Shown here: in pieces, positions 13,235 to 24,865 of the stretch
Layout of the letters: each line of letters begins with the position of its first letter
Numbering within the stretch: the stretch's first letter is position 1
From: Felis catus
Taxonomy: Eukaryota
Length of the DNA stretch: 64,000 bases
Reading direction: 5' to 3'
NCBI RefSeq assembly: GCF_018350175.1
Contig: NC_058368.1
Span: 96,412,001 to 96,476,000 of the forward strand
Position numbers and translations under genes: made by a program
The notes under the pieces: model-generated
Seen by the model: the letters and a program-made list of their open reading frames with translations, nothing else
Database searches by the model: none
What the model was told of the DNA's origin: nothing

Positions 13235-13694
13235 ATGATAATGACTTAACCAATCAGATATGGGATTGAAGGTATTCAGTTGGAAGGAAATATAGAGTCG
13301 AACCTTGGAACTAAATCAAAGGTATGATTCAGCACACACGAAGAAAACAACTTATGCTGGTGAACATTTTAATGTTCTGTTCTCAAAGCACTACCTCCTT
13401 GTTCCTCTCTCTGGTGATAGAGTAACTTGCAAATGCGCAGCAACGCTGTCTTCAACTGAGAGAAATGGTGGTCATTTCATAGGTGACAGAGGAGATATGC
13501 AAAGAACTGAATACAATCCATACTCCAAAGACACCTAATATCTCCACTGGCTAACAGAAAAAGTCTTTAATAAAGTCTACCTGGAGTTTCAAACACAGAC
13601 ACAAGACCAACAAAGTTCAGGAATTTAAAAGCAACCTTTCATAACTAGGCAAAGTATCGATTCTCTTTATTACAGCTTTGATACTAGAAGAAAT

Positions 13695-13902
13695 TATTTA
13701 TTTAAAAATTTTTTTAACATTTATTCATTTTTGAGAGAGACAGAGTGTGAGTGGGTGAGGGGCAGAGAGTGAGGGAGACACAGAATCTGAAGCTCTGAGC
13801 TGTCAGCACAGAGCCTGATATGGGGTTTGAACTCATGGAGTGCGAGATCATGACCTGAGCTGCAGTCAGATGCTTAACTGGCTGAGTCACCCCGGTGCCT
13901 TT
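13695..13902 (-). mobile_element. CAN-SINE (SINEC_Fc)
   Basis: Antisense consensus; TSD tactagaagaaatt/tactaggagaattt. Confidence 0.92.
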
Positions 13903-14040
13903 GTACTAGGAGAATTTAATTGTGAATTTCCTTTAGCTTTCTGTCCCTTTCTCCTAACTATACAAATGCAATGGACTTTCATGAATGGTAACAGATCCCA
14001 GTCTAATACAACATGTCTTGCTGTGACATTTACAAACACA

Positions 14041-14100
14041 CAGCTGTGGTAACAGATAAATCTGGCTCAGTGTTTATTTTCTAAGTGTGTGAAAGGAAAT
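14041..14100 (+). promoter_or_regulatory. Candidate E-box/GATA composite with RUNX and ETS-like motifs
   Basis: CAGCTG-TGGTAACA-GATAA (CTG-N8-GATAA), overlapping TGTGGT, nearby GAAAGGAAAT; motif match only. Confidence 0.35.
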
Positions 14101-14113
14101 GGAATGTTCCTAT

Positions 14114-14165
14114 TTAATAAAGCTCATATAGCTCTATAAATGTAAACAGTACGATGAAACTGTCC
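14114..14165 (-). other. Candidate terminal exon (5' part)
   Basis: Acceptor ttttttttttttttctctcag|G at 14165; ATTAAA at 14113-14118 on the minus strand. Confidence 0.2.
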
Positions 14166-14792
14166 CTGAGAGAAAAAAAAAAAAAAAGTGATCGTATCAC
14201 CTGAAATGTCCCTTATATAATCTAACGTTATGTCGTGTGAGTGTCTCACACAACATGATCTATAGCTGCTTAGAATCACGTAACACTGAATTGCATTTTC
14301 TTTAATTCATATATTTGGAAAATGTGAAAGGACTCCAAATATATGCATCATGTTCAAAACTTCTATTAAAAATTCAGATGAAGAATAAAACGATGGGGTT
14401 GTTATCAACATAGTCCTAGAAAGACTTGATCATTACAGACGCCTTTGAAAATACAGCTTTAGAGATTTTCAGTGATAAACCACCTCTGAAATACTTTTAA
14501 AATCTCCTGAGGATTACACTCAACAGCCAACTAGTCCTTCCATTACACTTTTCATTCTTTCTACACCCCATTTCCATCTTTTCCAATTACACTGTTTCCA
14601 TGGCACACACAGCTATCTTGACTTAGAAAATGATAAATATAAAGCGAGGAACACATTCATGAGAGGAACGGGGGACACGAGTGAACAACAGCAACACGAA
14701 AAAAACACGATCTTTTTGAAAAGTTTGTTTTTAGAATGCAAGTAAAATTCCTCTCTAGGCTCACCTTAACAGCACAAGCACTAACGTGCCTA

Positions 14793-15005
14793 GCTGTTCT
14801 CAGCACAGAATGTGAGGACGGGGCAATTTGGCATGGGTCCTTAGACATTTTTGACTGTTATGATTTGAAGGAGAGGTTCCTACTGGCGTCGAGTGGGTAG
14901 AGTCTTGGGATGTTGCTAAACATCCCACAATGCTCAGGACAGCCCCCAAACAAAGAATCATCCAGCCCAGAACACCAACAATGCTGAGGTGGCGAAGACC
15001 AACCT
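14793..15005 (+). mobile_element. MER20 hAT-Charlie DNA transposon
   Basis: ggggcaatttggca..ctactggcgtcgagtgggtagag..gttgctaaacatcccacaatgctcaggacagccccc..aatgctgaggt. Confidence 0.85.
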
Positions 15006-15692
15006 TAGATTAACATATCGCCCCAACAGCATTCCAAACTTCTTATTCTCTAGGTCTTTCCCTTGAGCAGATTTGTGATTCCCGTGATAGACCTTTTCTT
15101 CTAAAGCACCACTTGCTTATGATTCAACTAATTTATGTCAACTATTCTAACTCCTACAGCCTGTTCTTATAGTCATAAGCTGGATTTCTTGACTTATTAT
15201 CGCCAGTTTATGACAGCGCAAAAGCACTGACCGGCTCTCTACTTCCTAACCATACAACCAGCCTTTGTGGCCTATAGCCCTCCGCCTGGTTCTTTCTGGA
15301 ATATTCTTTGAAAAACAACAAAATCCCAGGCATGGCATCTGTGGCTGCCCATTCTCTGAACCTTAATAGGCCCTTTAGGCTCCTAAGTCGCTATTGAAAA
15401 TCTCTCAGCATGTTAGTTAAACCACTAGTCAAAACTGGTGATATACCTATGGGGGGGGCAGGGGTCAAGCCACCCTCATCACAAAGTATGCCTCAAGAAC
15501 TGATATCATCAAGAATCTAACATTGAGGCCTTCATGTCCAAGGAGTTCAACCAACATTTATTTTGGCAAGAAAGACAACAATTAACCGCTTGGATTTTTC
15601 CCGAACTGTTTTTGTTTCTTAGTTTGTTTTTGTTTCTGTTTTTTTAATTCCTGGATCTGTCTGCATGCTTACACTGGATTGTTAACAGCTGA

Positions 15693-16097
15693 TGTAGAGG
15701 TGATGGCGTGAACGCTTGGATGTGCTGAGTGAGCAAATTGCTTTAGGATTTACAGGTTTGTTCCCTAAGCTGTTGGGAATGCTCTCTGCTAAGCTTCCTT
15801 CAATGCCCAAGCTCTCCCTGGGACATGAAGAGAGTCACCTTGGCAAAGGTCAACCTAAGCATCCAGCATACAATGACCGAGCAAGGGTACAAGGGCCAGA
15901 CCCCAAATGTGGACACCTCAGATGGGCAATCCAAGCATCAAACCCCTCCTGGGGTACGCTGAGGTTTTGGTATTACTTCCTGCTAGCTCAACTTCCTGCT
16001 CTGCATAATCCAGTTTTCTACCCCCACAGGGACATTCTCTCATAAACCTTCTGCAAATGAATCTGTACTTCAGAGTCTCTGAGAAGTGACCTGAAGC
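15693..16097 (+). mobile_element. LTR16-like ERVL solo LTR
   Basis: Starts tgtag; ccctaagctgttgggaatgct; 3' ataaaccttctgcaaatgaatctgtacttcagagtct..acctgaag. Confidence 0.7.
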
Positions 16098-16423
16098 CTC
16101 AAATCTGTTAGATCACCTTGTTCTTACAATGTACAAGAAAAAGAAAAAACATTTTCTACAAGAATACCTATTATATATAAAAATAGGTAGTGCTCACGAC
16201 AGGGAAGATGAAATTGGGAGTTAGACCTTCATTGTTCAATAAAATGCGTTCAACCCAGATGAGGGCTCTCTTTTCCTTCTACATGCTAAGGATTTTAATA
16301 GAAGGCTATATTTATTTCACATCCTAACACAGATTCAGTGTACTGATTATTTGTTGAGTACAAATGGGGAAGGGTCTAATTTTGCTAACAGTTCTTTCTT
16401 CTTCTTTTTTTTCTTTTTGACAG

Positions 16424-16530
16424 AGCGTGGATTGATGGGCCACCAAGCTAATTTATAGGTCCCGCTGTGTAAGATAGTTCTCTGATTATCAGGCTGCCTC
16501 TGGTGGAAAACTGAAATCACTGTGTGTTCA
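16424..16530 (+). other. Candidate non-coding exon
   Basis: Branch point tgctaac (16383), ~28-nt pyrimidine tract, cag|; donor tca|GTAAGT at 16531; stops in all three frames. Confidence 0.4.
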
Positions 16531-16661
16531 GTAAGTTACTGAATCTGGACACACCAGGTATAAGGGTCAGCCTGCAAAGCGGTGGCTTTTCAGAAGAAAA
16601 CACAGTCAACAAGGAGTTTAAAGGAACTTGGGCACTGTTAAGCCATCTCTTGATAGATTAC

Positions 16662-16740
16662 CTGAAATGGCCCACGTTCAATATTAGAGCTGGGCTGCAA
16701 TGACAGTAGAATATGGGATAAATCAATTCATTTGGCAGTG
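16662..16740 (-). other. Candidate internal exon (79 bp)
   Basis: Acceptor tttttcttcctttgttgtattgatttgtttatag|, donor CAG|GTAATC; one open frame (phase 1 to 2). Confidence 0.3.
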
Positions 16741-17264
16741 CTATAAACAAATCAATACAACAAAGGAAGAAAAATTGGGCTTTTAAGAAAGTTTCAGAGG
16801 TACCCTCTGATTTTAGGTAAAATAACCTCAGTATTCTGAGGGCTCCAACATTAGGGATAGAATTAGCCAGTTTTAAGTAATGGAGGGCCTCCCCCCTCCA
16901 CACACAGTGCCCTTCCCTTATCATTTCTTAATTTGACGCTTACTAGAAATTAGCATAAAACCCCAAACACTATTCTTCAAACTGTTACTTGCACAAATGT
17001 GTAAATCACAAGGGATGGGGGGCGGGCAAGGGGAGAAGAGCACTGTTCAGTTTTCAATGCCTTTATTATGAGACTTACAAGCTGCTGGTTAATTCCAAAC
17101 GGAGAAAATAGAATTAAGGGTAATCTGAACTCCTACTGTCTTCAGTGTTTGCATAAATCCACCCTGCACAGTACCAGGCACTTATGAGGTGCTCCATAAA
17201 TGTGCATTAAGGGAAAGAATCTACTAGGTCCGCAACCATAATTCAAAGAATGAATAACACTCAC

Positions 17265-17372
17265 CATCCAGCATAAAGCCAACTCCCTTTTGCTGACGGA
17301 TCCACCAGCCAGGAAGGTATATCACAAAATATGAGCCCTTCTAGCTATTTCAGTGGCCTTGCTCCACCTCCG
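17265..17372 (-). other. Candidate 5'UTR/start exon (108 bp)
   Basis: Acceptor cccctgctttcctgtccccaccccctctcccaccttttcaccctttccag|, donor ATG|GTGAGT; stops in all frames upstream; ends ATG CTG GAT G. Confidence 0.4.
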
Positions 17373-18885
17373 CTGGAAAGGGTGAAAAGGTGGGAGAGGG
17401 GGTGGGGACAGGAAAGCAGGGGCAGCTGACACTAATTCTCCCCATTCTTTCACCACCTTCTGGGAAAACAGGTGAAATTAGAGAAGTCACCTGCTGACGC
17501 AGGTTTCAACTGTGTCCTTACAAAGGGCTCGGACCATCACTCTGCGTGCCTGCCTACTCTTGAAACTCAATCGGCCCTTTGATGGGTTCCCAAGACCCTG
17601 TCACAGGTGCCTGTCATTATCAATACCCTTCCCCTCTGATTTCACTGTCTTTGCACATACGCCGTCATTGGCCTCACATTCCTGCCTTCTCCTCTATCAA
17701 AGGAGGGTAATTGTGTTTGAGACATTCTCCTCAAAAGTCATGCATCCCCCTCGGGAACTCTTTACACCACATCTATACAGATTGTTCTCTCACAAAAACA
17801 TGGTGTTACCATCCCCACATTCTTTCCAAGGACGTAATTAAACTCTTTGCTTTAATGACCGTGGAAGGAAAGAAAGATGTTCCAAGGTATCATTGCTGGC
17901 TTTATTTCTAAGAAGTTATCCTAGCTCTGAGGGACATACGTGTTTACCTATGTTTGCAAAGCTTTTCCTGTCTACACTACCGGGTCCAGAAATACCTGTT
18001 GTATAACGGAGGTGCTGTTACTGTGCACAACTGTTCAATTCCATTCTCCTTAGACCAAAATCACTGACTTTTTATCTGCAAATATGCCCTCTTTCCTCAG
18101 CCTTTGACTATGTCAAAATTTACTTTCAGGGTTAAGGAATTTGGCCAACATTCCCTTTATGAAAAATGTCTCTTTTTCTCATTTGCTCCTTTTTAGTCTT
18201 TCAGGTTTGTATGCTCGGCCCTCCTGCCGTATCATATGTGGGATATCAGACACAGAAATTCAGACCATGTTAATGCATTAGAGCTAAGTCCTCAACACCT
18301 TGCACGAAAATACTTATCTCCACAAACACCTGTGCTCTATTTTAGTTTAGTGTATTATTAAAGTCCAAAGCTAGCAAATGAACATAATTGTATGAAAAAA
18401 ACCTGCAGGAGAAAAAGTCTCACTTTTGATCTCTACTTGCGTTACTTAGATAAACACCCCACCCCTCACCCATTCTCCCAAACCATGTATTTATTCACTT
18501 TTCTTTTGGATCAGGCCAACCCAGTGAAGTATCCTGACATTTGATTTCAGAACTAATGCATGAGGTTTTGTGGTCTGCAACCTTAAATTATTTCCAGACT
18601 TTGTGAGTTACTGTTCTTTCCAAATGCACATTAAGGGCAAATAGAGTTTTCCAGAGCAAGCATTACTTGTCCAAGCATGATTCTTCAAGTTTTTTGTGTG
18701 TACCTCATATAAAATGCCTATTTTGAAAGAGTTTTGAGGTCAAACTTTAAGATAGAATACATGAATGGGAACTATCACATTTATTACTATAAACAAGTAA
18801 AAAAATAATAACAAACTGTGAGACACTGAATTCTGGGTAGAAACAGAGATAACCCAAACTATGGATCAAGTTTGATTCTCATAGT

Positions 18886-19002
18886 AGGATGATGCATTGT
18901 TCCAGTTTTCCTGGGATCGTTCCTATTTTAAAGCTGAAAATCCCACATCCTGGAAACCCCTCAGTTCTAGGAAAACCTCAGTCCTAGACCACTGATCACT
19001 TT
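18886..19002 (-). mobile_element. MER94 hAT-Blackjack DNA transposon
   Basis: ccagttttcctggga..gctgaaaatcccacatcctggaaacccctcagtt..tgatcact. Confidence 0.7.
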
Positions 19003-19146
19003 ATTTCGAGATGAGCTTACAGACACCACCAACAATTTATAGCATGGGTTCTTAACCACCTATCGTGAGCGCAACAGAAGAAATTCGTCAATATGGACAA
19101 AACAGACAATTTGAGACCTAGTGTAATAAAATACGTTGTATATTTT

Positions 19147-19618
19147 TGATGGGGTTCAGGGCAGGATGCCCCAGAATGTGCCACTTTGATATGTGCATTA
19201 ACTGAGCTGAAGTCAGTCTAACAGACTCAAGAAAGGAGAGCTTTCTACCTCCCCCTTACCTGCCTAAAGAAATTGGGATAGGGTCCCGTACCGGGAAGAC
19301 AGCTGTTACCAGAGATAAATTTTTGTATCAGAAACACTTATCTGCATGCATGGCAAACATGTGTTTGCCAAACATTTGCTCTTTCCATTTTCCGGTGAAC
19401 TGTCTTCCTTCACTCTGAAGTCCCAAACCCTGAGCACCTTCTTAGCTCAAGATGGCATATACACCTCAACTTCCTGTCTTTGAGTCTTGTATCTTTGGGA
19501 TTCCCATACAAATGAAGTTAAATTGTGTTACTCCTGTTAATGTGTCTAATGCCAATTTAATTGTTAGATCAGTCAAAGAAGCTAGAAGATAAGAAAGAAA
19601 AGAATTTCCTCCCCTACA
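19147..19618 (+). mobile_element. ERV1-class solo LTR (same family as 8889-9437)
   Basis: TGatggggttcagggcaggatgccccagaatgtgccactttg ... aatttcctcccctaCA. Confidence 0.85.
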
Positions 19619-20236
19619 GTGTGGTTATTCAGAAATACTTATAGAATCCAAGATATCAGCCCTCTAGTTGGAAATCATTGATGTTGTAACATATGCTTAT
19701 AAGTGGATACTGTTTAATCAGTATAAATATACAGAGAGAAGGAGAGACAGAGAGCAAGTGAGCCAACAAGAGAGCATGCCAGGAAAAAGGCAAAAAGAAA
19801 GAATTTAAAAATTCACAAATTGAAGCAGTTATAGCTCTAAACAGTTACGTGAACACAAACTGAATTTGCCATTTGGGACAGCTCTGAGACTAACCCTGAT
19901 TTTAAATTAGGAACAGTCAGCATTTAGTTTCAAAAATGAGACCTGTGTAACATGCAGGCTAAATGAAAAATTTTAATCCTAAATTCAATCTTGGAAATGA
20001 AATGCCTTAAACATTTCTGAATATAATGCAACTATAGCCTATTAGCTAAGGTCTGCTCAACAATTTTCAGAATGGAATTCTCTTTGAAGAAAGGATGTGA
20101 CATGTTTAGGGTGCCAAGTGAAGAGAGGAAAATGTACCACCCCTCCACATACCTCTTTAGCATATTGATTATTTTAAGCTGGTTATTTTTAAGAAACAGG
20201 TGAAGCTCTGAAAACTCAGTAGGAGTTACTTTTCCA

Positions 20237-20457
20237 GGGGTGCCTGGGTGGCTCAGTCAGTTAAGGACCCGTCTTCAGCTCAGGTCATTATCTCATGGTT
20301 CGTGGGTTCAAGCCTGGCACCAGGCTTCCTGGCACCAGGCTTCCTGCCATCAGCACTGAGCCCGCTTCTGATCCTCTGTCCTCCTCTCTCTGCCCCTCCC
20401 CCACTTGCTTGCCTGCTCTCTCTCTCTCTCAAAAATAAACAAACATTAAAAAAAAAA
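20237..20457 (+). mobile_element. CAN-SINE inside MER34A
   Basis: ggggtgcctgggtggctcagtc head, A tail, TSD core agttactt; internal 15-bp tandem duplication cctggcaccaggctt (20313-20342). Confidence 0.93.
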
Positions 20458-20845
20458 GTTACTTGCCTTAGAGACACTGACATTGATAAGGAAAATCTCT
20501 ATTTGTAAGGGAGTCTCCCTCTCTGTACCAGGCAGAGAAGGATGCCTCCAAATCTCTAGAAACTCATCACTGGGATACATTTGGACTAAAATTGGCATAA
20601 CAACCTTACCTTGGTTTCCTGCGGTTTTCTGATAATCTTCTATAAGTGACCTTCTTCCCTGCCTCCCTCGCCCCCCAACATCTTTTCTTTTTTAACTATA
20701 GATGTTTTTTAAGTTGGTGGCTCAGACCATTTCTGAGAGTCTTCCTGGGTATCTCCCAAGTATACGGGAATTATACATATTAAACTTCTGTTTTTTCTCC
20801 TATTAATCTGCTTTTCATTACAGGGAGGTCTCAGCCAAAAACCTA

Positions 20846-21441
20846 GGTCATGAGCTGGACACCAAGACCTGACCTTTACTATCCACCTGCGTGTACTCAC
20901 TGATCTTTGTCCCCTATTTTTCCTTAATCTCGTCTTTTCAGCTTCTCTCTTACCTCAGGCAAATGGAAAGCAAAACCTCCCCTCTAGCAATAACGGCTGC
21001 TCTACAAGACCTCCGGCCGGCTGAGACCGTCCAAATCAGTTTGAGCAAAAGCCCAACTCATGCCTGTGCAGAAGAACCATGGAGTAACCTTTAGAATGAT
21101 GGACAGCTACCTTTACCTCATTATAATACTAGAATCTCCACCCAACGAGGAGCACAAGGCTCATTTACATAACATACTATGTGTGTAGGCATGTTTCCAT
21201 AAGGCGCATACAGGACTTTATGCCCGCCTCTATATACGAAGACAAGGATCTTCTGAAATAGTCATGCTAACCCTAAATAAAAGGAACCCATCCACCCTTG
21301 CTTGGGGAGTCACGGCTTTGGAGGTTATTCCCTGTGATCTCCTTATTTGCTGCAAATAAATGTGACTTTGTGAACAACTCTACCTGGTGTAGTCTCTCGC
21401 TGGAACTCACCAAGGAGCAAACTCATGTTAGGTCAGTTATA
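20846..21441 (+). mobile_element. ERV1-class solo LTR nested in the MER34A 3' end
   Basis: Splits the host motif aacctagaagggtagagg; 4-bp flanks ccta/ccaa; TATA-like taaataaaagg (~21275) and aataaa (~21355) in LTR order. Confidence 0.78.
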
Positions 21442-22348
21442 CCAAAAAGGGTAGAGGAAAAATAAGTTTTCCTCCTTCACATAAGCACAGAGTGGGGCGT
21501 TAAGGATATGCCCCCAAAGACCCTGTAACTGGAAGTGGTGGAATATCTTTCAGTTTCAATAGGATTTGAAAGAAGGTTATGCCCCATATTTAATAAGCAT
21601 TTTGGGTGAATGTCTATGGAAAGTTACTCATGAGCTACTTCAAACTAACATAGATATCAATTAATGAAGAACTATTCTAGCTACTTAACATTGCCCATCA
21701 ACCCTTCTAATGTTTCCCTAGTTTGCGCTCCTGACTATGTCTGAGTATTTTACATATTTCTCAATTTTGTCAAACTTCCTACCAATCCCTGCCATTACAG
21801 AATAATTTTGCTGTGTTTTTCACAGGCAGTGCAGATGCATTCTGTAACTTTTCAACCACTCAGTTAACAAAGCTTTCTACATACACACCCTTGCTCATTC
21901 TCTCTTGTGACAATAAAGGCTACTTATTTCTAAGACACACTGCTCAGCAATATTTGGGAGAGTAGTTACCTCCCAGCCCCCAGGGAATGCACACTACTCA
22001 TTTTTCCCTCTCATACTCTACTCTCTCTGGCCATTAGCATTTTAGATCTTTCCGGTTAACCTCACTTATAAAAAACAAAAGCAAACCAACAACAACAACA
22101 ACAAAACTTTAATTTCAAAGATGTTCCAATAATGATCCAAGCCTACCATTCATTTTGCTTCTACAAAGCAAATGACTTAAAAAGGGGGGAGCCCATATAA
22201 ATATGAAAAATTTAGATACTAGACTATGCTTTCTGTATCTGTTAAGTTGGAAATCAGTAACAAAAAGAAAACAAAACAGTAACAGTAACAAAAAAAAACA
22301 AAAACAAAAACAAAAAGCCATTTGAAGATTTGGAAGCATACTTCTAAA

Positions 22349-22559
22349 TTTTTTTTAAGGTTTATTCATTTTGCAGAGACAGAGAGACAGGGCATGAGCG
22401 GGGGAGGGGCAGAGAGCGAGGGAGACACAGAATCTGAAACAGGCTCCAGGCTCTGAGCTGTCCTCACAGAATCCAACGCGGCCCCAAACTCACGGACCTT
22501 GAGATCATGACCTGAGCCAAAGTAGGACAATTAACTGACTGAGTCACCCAGGCACCCCA
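22349..22559 (-). mobile_element. CAN-SINE (SINEC_Fc)
   Basis: Perfect 16-bp TSD GAAGCATACTTCTAAA (22333-22348, 22560-22575). Confidence 0.96.
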
Positions 22560-23115
22560 GAAGCATACTTCTAAACAGCCATGGTCACACATGTATGTGT
22601 AAATAAATAAATAAACAAACAAACAAATTTTAATGAAAATTGAACATGTTTTGAGACAAAATAAAATAGTATAGGTAAAAACTTGTAAGATGCAGATAAA
22701 GCTTTTCTTTGGGGGATATTTATAGTCTGATAGATATTTTGAACAAAATACTGGCTTAGAACAGGGAGCAAAGAGTAGATTTGAAGTAATTCAAAAAGAA
22801 TTAAAATTTTAAAAATTCTTTAAAAAAGAAAAAGGGACTATGAGAAAAATAAAGATAAGGGCAAAAATGGACTAAAGTAAAAAGAATATATGAAAATAGA
22901 TGAGGAAAACAGAAACTGATTCTTTAGAAAAAGCTATAAAATACAAAATAATGTGATAAAACTGATAAATAAAATAAAAAAAGAAAGGAGGTACAATTAA
23001 ACAAAGGGAAGAATTCAACGGTGAGCATGCTTACATAATTCAGCAAAAGACACAAAAGTTACTAAGGTTGATACCCTCATCAATTTCATACCAATTAATT
23101 TGAAAATCTGGTTGA

Positions 23116-23320
23116 GGGGCGCCTGGATGGTTTAGTTGGTTAAGCGGCTGACTTCAGCCCAAGTCATAATGTCACAGCTTGTGAGTTCGAGCCCCACGTT
23201 GGGCTCTGTGCTGACAGCTCAGAGCCTGGAACCTGCTTGGGATTCTGTGTCTCCCTTGAACTCTGCCCCTCCCCCACTTGCACTCTGTCTCTGTCTCTCA
23301 AAAATAAATAAACATTTAAA
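23116..23320 (+). mobile_element. CAN-SINE (SINEC_Fc)
   Basis: 13-bp TSD AAAATCTGGTTGA. Confidence 0.96.
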
Positions 23321-23854
23321 AAAATCTGGTTGAAAATAACTATTTATCAAGATACAATTTCCTAATACTGAACCATTTCTGCAATTTAACTTAGAATAAA
23401 TGAATACAGTGAATCAGTAGACAAAATCTATTGAATATCTATTGAATCTAGTGCCTATTGCATGAGGCACATGCAATTTTCAAGGTGAATTCTATCAGAC
23501 ATTCTAAAAGCTAATCTTATTTAAACTTCCAAAAAACACAAGAAGAATGCATCATTTTTGTATTTTCTGGTTTTTGAGCTTATTTTGTCCTTTATATAAA
23601 ACTTGAAATGCCTAACAACATAATGCTAAAGTTTACTTTTCTCATGAACATCGATAGGAAATCTCTAAATAAAACAAAAGTATATGGAATCCAGCATTAT
23701 ATTTAAAAGATACTTACACCAGATTGGGTTTGTATTAGTAATAGAAGGATAGTTTGTCATTAGAAAGGCTATTAATGTAACTGATCACATTAATAGTTTT
23801 AAAAAGAAATCTGAATAGAAGTTACTCAGTAGTTTAAAACTTCTTAGTAAAATA

Positions 23855-24069
23855 GGGGTGCCTGGGTGGCTCAGTCGGTTGAGCGTCTGACTTCAGCTCA
23901 GGTCATGATCTCATGGTCCGTGAGTTCCAGCACCGCATCAGGCTCTGTGCTGATGGCTCAGAGCCTGGAGCCTGTTTCAGATTCTGTGTCTCCCTCTCTC
24001 TCTGACCCTCCCCGTTCATACTCTGTCTCTCTCTGTCTCAAAAATAAATAAACGTTAAAAAAAAAAAAA
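23855..24069 (+). mobile_element. CAN-SINE (SINEC_Fc)
   Basis: Near-consensus body; 19-bp TSD TAAAACTTCTTAGTAAAAT. Confidence 0.96.
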
Positions 24070-24358
24070 TAAAACTTCTTAGTAAAATCAAGATTGTAAG
24101 AAATAGCCACTAACATAAAAGTTATTTGGAAGACAGAGCACGGGAAACTTTACAAATAATGGCAAAAAGCAACATAATTCCCTTTAAAACTGTCCTAGAA
24201 CAAGACAAGTAAAATCAACAATCTGGTTTTTCTGCCTCAGTTGCTCCATACTCCAACCCACTGCAATCCGCCTTCTTCTACCATTCTTCTGAAATGCCCT
24301 CAACAAAGCCAAACATGAGTCTCTTGTTGTTTGACCTAAAGGTCTTCCATAGATCCAC

Positions 24359-24865
24359 TGTGAGAGTTAAAGTAATCCCCCTACCAAAATGTCCACGTCC
24401 TGATCCTGGAACCTGAGACTCTTACTATAGCACATGTCAAAGGAGACTTTGCACATGTAATTAAGTTAAACATGGTAAAATGGAGAATAGCCTGGATTAT
24501 CCAGATGAGCTCATTCTAATCAACAGGAATCCTTAAAATGAAAAAAACATCCCCAGCTGCAGTCAGAAACAGAGGTACAAGATTTGATAAAGGATGAAGG
24601 GTCACAGAGATATGATATTGCTGAGCTTGGAGATGCAGAGAGGGGGGCCACAAACCGAGGAATGTGGGTAGCCCCCCAAAGCTTGAAAGAGCAAAGAGAC
24701 AGGTTCTCCCCTAGAAACTTCAGGAAGGAACATACTCCTGCTGACTAGCTTACTGAGAACTTTGCCGGACTTCTGATCTTTAGAACTATAAGAAAACACA
24801 TTTCTGCTGTTTTAAGTCGCCAGGTTTGTAGTCATTTATTACAGCAGCAAGAGAAAACTAATGTG
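24359..24865 (+). mobile_element. MLT1 (MaLR) solo LTR
   Basis: aatgtccacgtcctgatcctggaacctg, aaaggagactttgca, ctggattatccagatgag, tgttttaagtcgccaggtttgtagtcatttattacagcagcaagagaaaactaat; TSD tccac/ttcac. Confidence 0.88.

Larger units (their letters stand above)
20119..21481 (+). mobile_element. MER34A-type ERV1 solo LTR, interrupted by a SINE and a second LTR
   Basis: TG..CA termini, 4-bp TSD caag/taag; colinear with 11620-12238 once the inserts are removed. Confidence 0.88.
22780..24210 (+). mobile_element. Ancient L1M ORF2 relic (pre-RT/RT region), interrupted by two SINEs
   Basis: ctcatgaacatcgataggaaatctctaaataaaa (LMNID.K.LNK-like), cagattgggttt (Q.GF), attagaaaggctattaatgtaactgatcacattaat (IRK.INV..HIN). 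Confidence 0.75.

Noticed and set aside
16493..16506. CTCF site (CCACCAGAGGCAGC on minus)
   Set aside because: One base short of the CCASYAGRKGGC core spacing
8889..19618. Two same-family LTRs 10 kb apart as the ends of one provirus
   Set aside because: No primer-binding site or gag/pol/env between them; the interval holds older MIR, MER20 and LTR16 relics; outer flanks do not form a TSD
11620..21481. MER34A pair as a provirus or segmental duplication
   Set aside because: Each copy has its own TSD (GGGT; caag/taag) and unrelated flanks
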